This document shows, in pieces, positions 39,316 through 51,304 of a DNA stretch of 64,000 nt. The notes beneath the pieces were generated by a model. The model searched no databases. It worked only from the letters and a program-made list of their open reading frames with translations, and had not been told where the DNA came from. Position 1 is the stretch's first letter, and the number at the start of each line of letters is the position of its first letter. The position numbers were made by a program, and so were the translations under genes. Origin of the DNA: Vermamoeba vermiformis (taxonomy: Eukaryota); the NCBI GenBank assembly GCA_045837725.1, contig JBEWZL010000276.1, forward strand, positions 186,001-250,000, written 5' to 3'.

Positions 39316-41316
39316 ATGCCGCCGAAATTGTCGAATCCACAAGACGTAACGATTATAGACGATGATATAACACCTGAATCCGTACAAGTCACTTATACTA
39401 GTGCAGCACAAATGTAAGAACTGGATCTGAATTAATAATTCTGTCCCTCAATTTTATTAATTTTATTAATTTTAGCAAAGAGGTTAATAAATACGCTAAG
39501 TCAAAAGAAACGGCGGTAAGAATGAGCTAATAATCGGGCGTACAATTAAAATAATTTTTATTAATTTTTGGATCTCGATCCAGTGGCGCAACAACATCCC
39601 ATTATTATACGATTACTTTATACACCATCATATTGTGAATACTCCTAGAGCAATTTGTTGGGGCAGAACTCATGAAGCCGAAGAAGGGTGGAATCAAAGT
39701 TTGTTTTATACAGAGGAGCAGTACGTGGCCCCAAATCAGTACAAATTGCCTATTTTATAATTAAATTTATTAATTAATTGTCAGGCCTGAAGGATCTACC
39801 CAAAAAAATACGATAATAATGGCCAAGGCACAAATTTTCGACAAACACTCGGTTAGCTTGCATCGCTTGAAAGAATGGAAGGACTTTGAAGTGTCCCCTC
39901 ATATCAATAAGCAATTGAAGCTTAATAACCCGCTGACTGCTGTTTTAAATTTGAGATCTGCGCCGTTCAATCCAGCAGTCTTAGCCTCGCATTCTAAAGA
40001 CGATAGCAACACGTATATATGGCGCGTACAATATCAAGGTGACATGAGTGACAAAGACACCGATAGTACACCTGATATTACGTAAGCTTAAGTTACATCC
40101 AGCAACTGCAAAATCGGATCTGATTTTAATTTTCTCTTAAAGGCTTCGTGGACATACAAAAGCAGCAGGATATGCCTTAGCATGGGCGAACAATACTCCT
40201 AGAGTGGCTAGTGGAGGTAAGGGACTCAGCTTTTTGTTTTATTGAAAACTAATTTTTTTTCAGGCGCGGATGCGACAGTCTGTGTATGGGATTTAAATAG
40301 CAATTTGAATTCAATAGGCAATAGGGGTACAGTAATGGACCAGACTATAACCCTACTTGACGGTCACTCCGCTGAAATACAAGATCTCAAGTTCAAACCT
40401 GGCGATGATAATGTAAGGACTAAACTTTGCTGTAGAATCGCTGAATATGGAATACTAACACCTAATTATAGCTTATTATGTCTGGCGGTGACGATGGAAT
40501 TATTTGTATGTGGGATCTGAGGCAGAAACGTTATGTAGCGAAGGTATGAAACACTCTGCAATTTCATTGACAGATTAATGCCAATACTTGCCTTATTTAG
40601 ACAAAGATCATGTACACGGACATCAATTCACTGGACTTCAACCAAGTCAATTCGAATCAAGTAGCAGTCGGAAGTAGACAAGGCCAAGTAGTATTGTACG
40701 TAAAATGTAGAATTATAGGACTCGCTTAATAATGACCTTATAATAGAGTTGATATTCGAAGGCAAGATGAAAAATACGTAAGACTTAATTTCGATGTGCC
40801 TTTTATGGTAATTAATCTCAATTTCAATCTCCAGGGCACATTCAGCCAGAACGACAAAGAAAAGCAGCTCGTTAAAGTGCAGTGGTCCCCTAGCGGCGAT
40901 TATTTGGGCGTAGCTGAAGATGGAAATGTGTTTGTGTGGCGCATGAATGAGGGCAAGGTACGCACCAAAAATATATAATTTCCTTTTATGGGAATATCTG
41001 ATCAAGTTATTAGATACCTACATCGCCCATGTTTTGGCACTTAGGACACAACTACAGGCTGAAGTAAGTAATTTTTTGTAAATTATGACACGCGATGTTG
41101 ACACGTGTCAATAGCTGCAAGAGTGACGTGGAAGATTTCAACTGGCACCCGACTGACCCGCACTTGCTGGCCTCTATTGCGAGTCATCAAGGCGGCGGTG
41201 GTTCTTTGCAGCTGTGGCGCATCAATGAGCTGCTAACCCTCAGTGACGAAGAGTTGAAAAACAACGAGTATTTGATGCGCGTGACAGGAGGCTCAAATAA
41301 TAGACAACAACAATAA
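39316..41316 (+). CDS. RBBP4/MSI-like WD40 histone-binding protein (divergent)
   Basis: WRNNIPLLYDYFIHH, PDITLRGH..GYALAW, SGGADATVCVWD, DVEDFNWHPTDPHLLAS..GGGSLQLWR. All exons in frame. Confidence 0.8.
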
Positions 41317-41395
41317 TACTAATACAATGTAAATATCACCTGTTGTACAATATGATAATAAGCTTAGTTTAAATTACAATGGCTTTATTATTTTT

Positions 41396-44015
41396 TCACC
41401 GTTCGTTGTTCGCGTTGTGATTATTGTCGCCCAACAACTGTTCTAATTCGTGAATTCGCTTCACCATGGCTAATTTCTCCGCCAATCGTTGTTTTGCAGC
41501 GTGAATGTTCAGTTGGAACAAGTGCACGCCGTACATTGACGTCACGACAAAATCATCGAGGCCGTCGTTAGTCACATCTCCCACGAGCACGTCAAAAATT
41601 GGATGTGCAAAGCTGATTCGTGAAGTGATTTGATAAATTTCATCTGCGTCATCGTGTTCATCGTCTTCTTCGTCGTCAGCGGTCATGCTCAAATTGATTT
41701 TCATCGGACTTGGTGCAGCATCACCGCGCGTGAAAGAGTAGCTGCGACCTTTGAGTGCTTTGAAGCCTTGATTCGAGCGAGGCACACTAGGGTCAATCCA
41801 GTCCTCGCCACTCGGGTGGTAGACGCTGCTAGCCACTTCAGGGGAGGGATTGTTGATCATAATGCCGTCGTCTGTAAGTTAATTAGAACGGTTATGTTAA
41901 CGAAACATGCACAGCTTACGTTGAAGAGGCTCATCGGGGTGAGCAGCACGCGATCCTCGACGGGAGTTCGGTTTGACAGGTGTCACAACAGGTGTCACAA
42001 CGGGTGTTACAGCAGGACTGCTCTCAGTGCTCGAGATGGTGCTTTGATTCATGCTCATCTCTTGCAACAGCTGCGTGATTTGACTGCGCTTCGGTGTGCT
42101 GCTCATGGGCGGGGCTGTCACGTGTTCTGTGGTTGACGTGTTGACACCTGTCATCTGTCCAGTCTTCGGCAGTGATCCCGACACGATGTTATTGTTGTTA
42201 TTATGTACTTCCATAGACTTTCGTTTGTTCTCTGGCGTTGGTTTCTTGCTCTCGGACTTCTTTTGCTCCTTGGTCTTGTGCGAGTGCCTCGTGTCTTTGT
42301 AAATGACCAATTGTTGACCGTACGTTGACAGCAATATTTCCATGTGACCGTCCCAGTCCACGTCTGAAGAATGAAGTGAATAAAATTGATAAAATTGTTG
42401 CAACGACTTACCAGCCACGTTGATAGACATGATTGCATCAAATGTGTCGGAGTTATTTAACATTGCGGCACTTTCAAAGCCGTGTTCGATCACGTGATGG
42501 AACACGACAGCATAGCCAATAGCGCCAGCCACGGCCAAGTCCACGTGATGATCTGCATGCTTGGTCTTGTGGCCTGCGTGCTCTTTTGACTTTTGCTTTA
42601 ACCTTTTCTTTTCCTCCACGTAGTCGTTCAATTGTTTTTTCACTCGCTCGATGACTGGTGACACTTTGCCGCTCTTTTGATCTAAATTCGATTTGAGCGA
42701 TCGATCGCTGTGACATTTGTACAATTTCAGTGAACTGATTGGACCGTCGAGCCATATTGAATGACTTTTACTCTTTTTAGTGTCTGATAACGTGTTAGTC
42801 GGAGTTAATTTGAACGAAGAAAAATAGCAATATTAATTTTACCTAAATTGGTAATGTGCAATACGACTTGTCCGTCTTGACAACCGAGTGCAATAAATCG
42901 ATGATTTTGTTCGTTGATTGTGAACTCTTCAATATCAACAGACAGCACACTAGTATACGACTGCTATTATTATAATTCTTTTGAAAATCATGCGTGCGTA
43001 CCAGCTCGTCAAGTCAGAAGTCAGCTCGGGAAAATAAGCTTGCAATCGATGTTCAATCCACTGTCTTCGCTCGTCCTAATTTATGTTATTACATGTATTA
43101 TTATTACTATTACATATCTTATTATTTAAGATGATTCTTACTTGTTTGTACAAATGTAACTGACAATCACTGCCTGAGACTAATATGGCGTATTGTCTGT
43201 CTTTAAGTATTCTGCAAAACATCAATACAAATAATGCAATATTATCTTATTATAACGTACTTAATATATGCTACTTTGAATGGTGTGTAATCGAGTCGCA
43301 AGATCTGCCTGTCCTCTGTAGTTCGATGCATTAGATCTATGTTACATATTATACTAATAGTGTCCTATCATACCAGCGATCTCCTCCCACGAGGTCTTAT
43401 CAGTAGAATTAGAGCCACAAATATTCAAATAAAATGTACGTTTAACTTCTTCGCTCAATTCAGGGGGTGGCGCGACATTATTATTGCCGCTGTTTGTCGA
43501 GTTTGAAGGAGCTGATGCCGTCAAATACTATGCATAATATATTGAGTATATATTAAGAGTATTTTTAGTATTGAATTATGCTTACTGTGGCCTCAACCGT
43601 TGTGTAAGCGATAATAGGCGAATTTTCTTTGTTTAGCTGATTGAAACTGTTCACTGAAATAATTTCTATGCCACGTCCATCTTTAGGCAATGATAATTGA
43701 TAGGTGTTCCATCGTATATTGCCGTGGGTTGTCTCGATCGCCTGTATGAAAATCAAAAATGAAATGCGATTATTATTTCGGTATTAAAATTAATATTGGC
43801 AACGACATATAATATAGTAACTTTATTTATTCTTATTCTAATCGTGTAGATTTTTGTTTTGATTTTTAAAGATTTTTTACCTCGATCGCGACCAATTTGA
43901 ACGTAGCAGCAACAATAGTCGCACGCATTGATTGGTGATTGACTTTAGACAAGCAATACACGTGCGACGGTGCTTGCAAGTCGACGTAATGTGTTTCGCT
44001 TAGCAGATCCCCCAT
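41396..44015 (-). CDS. KPTN: Kaptin (KICSTOR subunit) homolog
   Basis: LDYTPFK, LVSGSD, FPEL, ALGCQDG, LDGPISS, DVDWDGHMEILLSTYGQQLVIYK, GDVTNDGLDDFVVTSMYGVHLFQ. Confidence 0.85.
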
Positions 44016-44452
44016 AATTGAAATTTATCTGTATCATTTAGAAAATTAATACGCATCAATTACTATTATTTCAATCTATCGTATACATTTATCAAATATA
44101 TTTGATTGGACATGAGTAGTTTTATGAATAAAGAGATCGATCTCGATCTCGATCGGTGGCCTTACCGAAAAGCTATTTAAATCTGCATGTCTAATATTAC
44201 ACTATTATGCTCTTTAATTCTAAGCTAGTTTTATCAATCAGCAATTTGGCGCACAAAAAATAAAAGCGAAAAATTGCGTTGATTTTTCGGGCCGAAATTC
44301 TTCCTTGCGAAAGAGGCATCAAACGGAAAATCCGAAGTCGAGTCGAACACAACTCGCTGTATTATAATATATATATTATATTTTTATTGGCAGATTAGTT
44401 ATTGAAGTCCGCGTGGATCATTTTCAACCCTCGATCCAACGTGCGATCGGTC

Positions 44453-46668
44453 ATGACTTCAGCAATTGATTTAACGCAAGATTGCAATTTGCAAATCAAT
44501 CTTGGATGGAACGTGACTAATAGCAACATTATACTACGATCCTCTGCAATTATTTTCAACAACGAAGGACACGCGACGGATGCGGTAATTATTTTTTGAA
44601 ACTTTAACTCAGAGAAAAAGCTGCAATTTATTATGTAGTCGATAATACTATTTGTTGAATATATTAACGAATTTACTGATATATTTTCGTTTGAAAATTC
44701 AGATCCAGTTTCAAAACCCATGTGGTTGCGGTGGAGGTGTGACTCATGCTAAAATAGGTAATAATACAAATATAATTATCTATACTACTATTGATCTTGG
44801 ACTGCGTGCGATTCAGAAGCTAGATCTGAAACAAGGTTCTAATATTAACTCATTTTAGGCGATGAAAAAGCGGAATTTGTTGAAGATGTATCGATCGATT
44901 TAAGCAAGCTCGATGCTAATATTAGAGCTATTGTTATAGTCATCAGCAACTACGCCAAAGAAAGTTTCAAGTAAGAATTCATCAGCAAACAATTTATTCG
45001 TCATTTGATTAGATTATATTTATTTGAGGCGTAATTAGCACCTCTTATTATCGGTCGTTTTTATGACTAATTTCGTTGGTAATCCATTCTGTCAAAATAT
45101 TCTAAAAATAGAGACAGATCCGATCGCACGCGTATCTTGCTAACAATTTCTTTCTTATAGTGCTGTAGATATGTTGCACGTGCAAGTGAATGACAAGCAA
45201 GAACAAAAGGATCTAATGCAGTTTTATTTCAGTACGTAGTTGGATCCGATCAAACCGTGATCTCCTTCATTTAGTCAATAACAATATCAGCATTATTCGT
45301 ACGTTTATTGAACTTATAATTAACATTATGAAACAGATCCGAGTGGACCTTATAACGCACTAGCATTGTGTACTTTGTATAGGTAATTTATCGTCGCAAA
45401 TCATGCATGAAGAGAGTGATTAATAATTACCTATTTTAGGCACACAATTATTAAGGAAGGAGAGGTGCCTAAATGGACGTTAGAAACTGTCATGGAGCGG
45501 ATCCAAGGCCACACACTGATGGAACTCGTGCCCGCCATACAAGACAGCATTTTGAGCAACAAAATTATTCCGCACTTGCTGGGCTTCGATTCCATTCGAT
45601 TTTACACCGCGCCTGTTCTACCAAAGGTATGAAAATTATGACTTTCCTTATTTGGTGGCAGGGAATCTTTAACTGACACGTGCGACAGGGTGAAGTGTAC
45701 ACTATTGGCAGTCCACTCGTTGACGTCAAATCACCAACGAACATCGATGTGGTAAGTCCACCCGAGCACGTGATCGATTAGTACTGATTTCCAAATTAGG
45801 ACATTGAATGGGTGATGAACGACAATGAAGACAAGTTGCGCTTGGACGCAGCGTGTTTAGCCTTTGACATTAAAGGCAAAATGTCAGAAGGTAACATTAG
45901 AGGCTGTCACATGATATCAACATTTGTCACTAACATGTAATTGCAGCGGTGTATTACAACAGGCCTGAGAGTCAAGACAAATCCATTGTACACCAGGGCG
46001 ATGATCAGAGTACTGAAGCTAGCTCGCAGTGTGAGCGAATAACGATCAGCATGACGAGTGTGGACCCGAAGATCAGACTGCTCATGTTCACGCTCAATTG
46101 TTACTCGCTGACCTCGCTGTCAAATGTCAAGCAAATGTACGTGACCGTCACTGACAAGGACCGCGCGAGAACTGTGTTGAGCAATCACGTGCCGAGCGAC
46201 GAACTCGCGCAGAGTGGCATACTGTTAGTCGCTGTAAGTGCAACTCTAATGCTTACTTGTAACTTTGGTGACTAACTTTGAATGACTTTGCAGTTGTTTC
46301 GCGATGGCAGCGACAGTTGGGTGATTGACACGATCAACCAGGGCTGTCACGGCAAATCCTACGACGAGATCATGCCTGCAATTCGACCACACGTGCGGCG
46401 ATTGATTCAACTCATTAAAGCTCCATGGGACGCGGATGACACGAGTCCTGATTGCCTCGCTTGCAAACGTCCTTTCAGCCTCGTGCGACGGCGGGTAAGT
46501 AACACTAACACGTGCCTTATAGCCATCTCTGACTCTTCTTTGCAGCACCACTGTCGCGGCTGTGGTCACATCTACTGCAGTGAATGCTCGGCGAAGAAAA
46601 AGCCCGTGCCTAAATGGGGCTACACGAGTCCAGTGCGCGTGTGTGACACGTGTTTTTTGAACAACTGA
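44453..46668 (+). CDS. Tandem TerD-like domains fused to a C-terminal FYVE finger
   Basis: TerD-like LQINLGW and VSIDLSKLDANIRAIVIVIS; second copy LDAACLAFD..AVYYN..SIVHQGDD..ERITISM; FYVE WDADD..CLAC..F..RRHHCRGCG..CSEC..VRVCDTC. Confidence 0.85.
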
Positions 46669-46837
46669 GTGCTCAGCGAGCCTGACTATCACCCTTGTAA
46701 ATAATCATCGCTACAATTTTGTTGAAATATTGTAATATATAACGCCCATTAAACTTGTTTTGACAACATGCAAGATTTTTTTTCCGCCACTTTTCGCAAT
46801 TGTGCATTCGGATGACCAACATATAGCTGCAACAAGT

Positions 46838-48256
46838 ATGGCCACAATTCGCACTTATTCTACGGGCGTTGTTGATATTTTTGGAGAACTTACTGTGGAA
46901 GACGTCAAAACAATTGAATCCAAAATATACGCTCAAGAAATTAAAATTGTTAACAAGACACTGAATATTTGCTTCAATAATATTCACGAAATTTCAAACA
47001 CAATATTGCGCGAATTAATCGAATTGTTGCAGCGCAACCCGAACTTATCAAAAATATTAATAGATCTGCTTCAAAACAGTTTCGTGGAGACCATTAAATT
47101 GAATAAGAATGGAAATGGACAAATAACTAAGCACTATAAAATGCATTCTACGCAGCACGTCACCGAATTTCAAGCTTGTAACAGAAGTAATTTCTATTTG
47201 GGTCTTCTTCGAGGTGCCTCAATCCATTTCGAAGGTTTAATTATACCAAATGATACCGATACACTGTGCTTCACTGAAAATGACAGCGGAATCTTGCAGC
47301 TTACTAAGTTGCGAGTACTCACTCTATGTCTGCAACCTTTGTGCAGATTATTGAAAGAAAATACTCTCACTACACTGCGCAAAATACGCCTGGCTACTAA
47401 AGTGTCCGATGACTTTTGGACCTCGCTGATGAACAACACGCATGTCACCACTGTTCAGTGCTTGGTTGCGGAATACGTCTTTGACCTGAGTCAAGCATTC
47501 AACGACACAATGCGGCACAACAAAACACTTACAACATTAGCACTCAATGTGCGGTGGGTTGGCGACAGTTCTGAACACACGCTATTCGAGGGGCTGAGAG
47601 ACAATTCGACAATCACGAGTTTGCGCATTGACGTAATGCGGGCAGGATCAGAATTCTTTGATGACCTGGCAGAGTACTTGTCAACCAATGCTTCACTGAC
47701 GCAATTTCACCTGACTTTAAAGAGTATTAAGGCCGTCGACGCTGTCAAAAAGTTGTACGACAGCCTCCACGCTTCAACCATTCACCGCCTGGTATTAGCA
47801 CTGCCCGAGTACGACTTGGAACACCTTGCTGACTTTATCATTCACAACAAGACTCTTCTGTCCCTTAGTATCGTCAATCATTCGTTCGCTGAAGAGAGCG
47901 CCAATCTCATTTTAAAAGCGCTGCAGCAGAACGAGACAATTTGTTTCTGGCACCACAAGCTCAATTCCAATTACAGCGACTCGCTACAACTGATGACATG
48001 CGAAGTGAATCAAGTGTTGAGGAGGAACAAAAAGAAGCGAGAGATGTATGTTAATGACATGATAGTACTGTTTTTCAACATCGCTCGTGGATCTGACGCG
48101 TTACAACTTCTGCCCAAAGAATTGTGGCTCAAAATATTTGACCAAATATCAATAGTGTGCTTTGAATATAATTTACACGATATATTAGCTACTTTGTTTC
48201 GTGATGCCCAAATAAGGCAGGTCGTCTTTTGTCCGAACGGGTATAAATACCGATAA
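46838..48256 (+). CDS. Intronless RNI-like LRR protein with a C-terminal F-box-like motif
   Basis: Repeats NKTLTTLAL, NSTITSLRI, NASLTQFHL, NKTLLSLSI; C-term LQLLPKELWLKIFDQI. Confidence 0.75.
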   Translation: MATIRTYSTGVVDIFGELTVEDVKTIESKIYAQEIKIVNKTLNICFNNIHEISNTILRELIELLQRNPNLSKILIDLLQNSFVETIKLNKNGNGQITKHYKMHSTQHVTEFQACNRSNFYLGLLRGASIHFEGLIIPNDTDTLCFTENDSGILQLTKLRVLTLCLQPLCRLLKENTLTTLRKIRLATKVSDDFWTSLMNNTHVTTVQCLVAEYVFDLSQAFNDTMRHNKTLTTLALNVRWVGDSSEHTLFEGLRDNSTITSLRIDVMRAGSEFFDDLAEYLSTNASLTQFHLTLKSIKAVDAVKKLYDSLHASTIHRLVLALPEYDLEHLADFIIHNKTLLSLSIVNHSFAEESANLILKALQQNETICFWHHKLNSNYSDSLQLMTCEVNQVLRRNKKKREMYVNDMIVLFFNIARGSDALQLLPKELWLKIFDQISIVCFEYNLHDILATLFRDAQIRQVVFCPNGYKYR

Positions 48257-48275
48257 TTTCACAAATCCATTGTGA

Positions 48276-48280
<5 letters not shown>

Positions 48281-48319
<39 letters not shown>
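48281..48319 (+). repeat. 39-nt poly(T) tract (poly(A) on the minus strand)
   Basis: Uninterrupted T run followed by G6; the longest homopolymer in the window. Confidence 0.95.
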
Positions 48320-48320
<1 letters not shown>

Positions 48321-48431
48321 GGGGGACCAACTCGAGGCGGAATAAAGTTAACAAAGTTTTTGTGTAACTAAAATTTATTTCGCCAGAAAGGAAACCGCAA
48401 CTAACTTCGATTACGCACCACAACTGAATAA

Positions 48432-48799
48432 ATGAGCAACCCTTTGAACATCCTTATTATTGAACCAGGAGGTCCGATCAATAACATCAAGCCGGGCGAT
48501 CTGTGGGGTGCAGGAAGCTGCACAACTGATGGCATTCACTGTGGAGGAGGATCCGACGAAGGGCCTGATTGGAAGGTCATTCTCGACACGGACTACGAGT
48601 ACTACGCGTGGATGCCTTCTTAGACGGAAGCGTAAGATCAGTTAATTGTCCCGAGAATGAAAAACTCCTTTGCATCTCTTTCTCAAAAATGTACCATCTC
48701 ATTTCAAATAAACAAGCAGCCTTCCTGCGAACTGAATACCGCGGATGGCATCCATATTATCAAGTCAGATATAAAAACAATAAGCGATGGATTACCAAG
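48432..48799 (+). pseudogene. Small unknown gene or pseudogene fragment
   Basis: ORF MSNPLNILIIEPGG...DYEYYAWMPS stops at 48623. A +1 shift plus a GTAAGA...GCAG intron would continue as RRKPFLRTEYRGWHPYYQVRYKNNKRWITK up to a GT donor. No family recognised. Confidence 0.3.
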
Positions 48800-49175
48800 G
48801 TAACAGATCGCAATGCGTCGCGTGCTCTATAGTGATTGGTCGGTCTACAAAGTGTCCGAACACTAGCACTAGTGTCCGGTCCATCAGATCAGAAACCCTG
48901 TAAAGCGGGCAGTTTCACCATGTTTGGAAACACCCACGCTACTTTTACACGTGTACAACAAATATGGTACGGAGCATCCCCTATAATGGCTCTCTCCGAG
49001 CACACCTTGGAACCAAAGAACTTTTTTGCTTGCTTTCTGGTCAACTGCTTGCGGATCCTAATGATTAAATTGAATTTGCCGCGCTTTTGTCTAATTTCAT
49101 TCCACTGCAATGAAGTGGCCACAATAACGCTAGCGTTATTTATTCTTAAATATCTAAGGAGCTGTTCGATAAATC

Positions 49176-51127
49176 ATGGCCGATGCTAAATACGTTGTGG
49201 AATACGCTCGTTCGGCGAAGTCAGTGTGCAAGTCCACAACTTGCGAGGATAAAAATATTAACGACGGAGAACTGCGCCTTGGAAAGGTATTTATTTAAAT
49301 AAATAGCAATTACGATTTACAGTAAATGAAAATAATAATTAATTATTTCTAATTTTAATTAGCTGACAAACAGCAACCGTGCAGGCACAACAGCTTATAA
49401 TACAACAGAAAAAATGATGCCTAATTGGTACCATCCGAAATGTCAGTAATTGGATCCATTCCTTTATTTCCGTCAGCTGACATAGCGATTAGGCATGTTC
49501 GAAATGTTAAAAAAAGCGCAAAAATCGACCAAAATGTTATTCAGCGGCCAAGATTTTCATTTTGGTTGGGATCAGATCCAAGTCTGAAGACAAACAGCTC
49601 CTCCAAACAATGATGGACCAGTTAAAAATTGATAGAGATACGCCTAAGACTAAAAAACGACCGATTTCAGACGATAAAGTCAAGACACCGGCCAAGAGAC
49701 AAAAGACACACCATGAAAATAACAACCATTCGATTGTATTAGTGGAAGACAATTGGAGTCAAATTTTGTCTTTTGTGCCGAGCCACGACCTGTTTACCAA
49801 TGTGCTCTACGTATCTAAGACATTCTACAGGCTAGCAGCACAACAGATCTGTCAAAAGGGTCTCTTTTTTTCAACCAATTTTACAGCTGAACCGCCCAAG
49901 TGGCTGACCGATCTAACGAGCATTGAAATTGCCAATTGTCGCTCGGGACAAGGCATGCTCTCATCGCTGACCAATTTAACTTCGTACAAAGTCATGAACT
50001 CGACGAGCAATGTCGCGATGAGGAAGCACTTGCTACAATGCACCAAACTACGCGAGCTGTATATATCTTCGTGCACCATTGCCCGAGGCAAGCCAGACAT
50101 CACCACTATAGCTGCGAGCATTACTTCACTGACCACACTGAGTATCAACTGTTAGTACTTTGATCATTAAGCACGTGTACACTGTGACGTGTTGACACGC
50201 CGATCAATGCTGATCCTATCTTGTTTAGCCTCTCAGTCACTAGCACTGGGCGACTCTGTTCCGTTAAAGGAATGGACCAATACTTACGGTGCCTTGACAC
50301 ACTTGAAACGTCTCGATCTAGTCTACATGGGCGACTTTTTGTACAACAATCCAACAGACACTTGGACCAATTTAACGAACTTAGAGACACTTAGGATATG
50401 GAATCAAACGACACTCAATCAGCAGTGGCTCGATATGTTCGCGCGAATGACTGGTTTAAGACATTTGTTGCTAGATCTGGACTACGTTGTGCACGAGGGT
50501 CATATGCCCCGCGAAGCAATTGACTTGACGCCATTCACTAACTTGACCAAACTGACGCTGGTAAGACGATCTAATGAAGTGCTAGTGAGGCTAACATTTG
50601 GTCTCGAAGTGTGGAACAAGATCCGCTTGGCCCAAGGCTTGGCCAGTCAATCTTAAAGAAATTGATGTCAACCTCTTTGTCACTCACTTTCAAAGTGTCC
50701 CTAATAAGCACCTGTTTGAGCACGTCAAATTTTCTAATTTGGACATGTACACAATTCGACGGTTCAAAAATGATGGCGTGGTGCTGCCTAAAGGTACGAG
50801 CCCTATTAGTTACATTAATATAGCTAATAATATATCATTGTTCTAGGGTCAGTTAAGGTAATAAGTATTACAGAGAAAAACAAAGTATCGATGGATGAAA
50901 TTCTTGAGCTAGATCCAGAGTGCCTGGAGATAACAATTACGTCCGTTGATACTGATAGTGTTGATACATTAACGACCCTATTTGGTGATATGTCGCGCTT
51001 GCCAAAAAAGATTCGTCTCTATTTGCAGGATGGTTATAAAAGACCGAAGAAGAAATATGCCCAGGCTAAAGAAGCAATTGACCGGCTACTAGTACAATTG
51101 CAAGATAAAGCGCAGCTATTTTTCTAA
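49176..51127 (+). CDS. PARP-type zinc finger + F-box + LRR protein (frame break near 49578)
   Basis: VEYARSAKSVCKSTTC..INDGELRLGK..WYHPKC..GWDQIxxEDK (zf-PARP); WSQILSFVPSHDLFTNVLYVSKTFYRLA (F-box); LTNLTSY, LTHLKRLDL, LTNLETLRI (LRR). Confidence 0.8.
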
Positions 51128-51304
51128 ATAAATGCGCCTTCACCAAGCTCAATAATAATCAACGTTATTCGAAATTCTCAGAGTTTCAAAATAACGAAAA
51201 AATCGTGCGAACAGTCCTGGTTGGTTTGAGAATTATTATGGACCACAGTAGTACCACATTTTTGTTTGTGTTGTAATTCATTTATTCCCACAACCACACA
51301 CATT

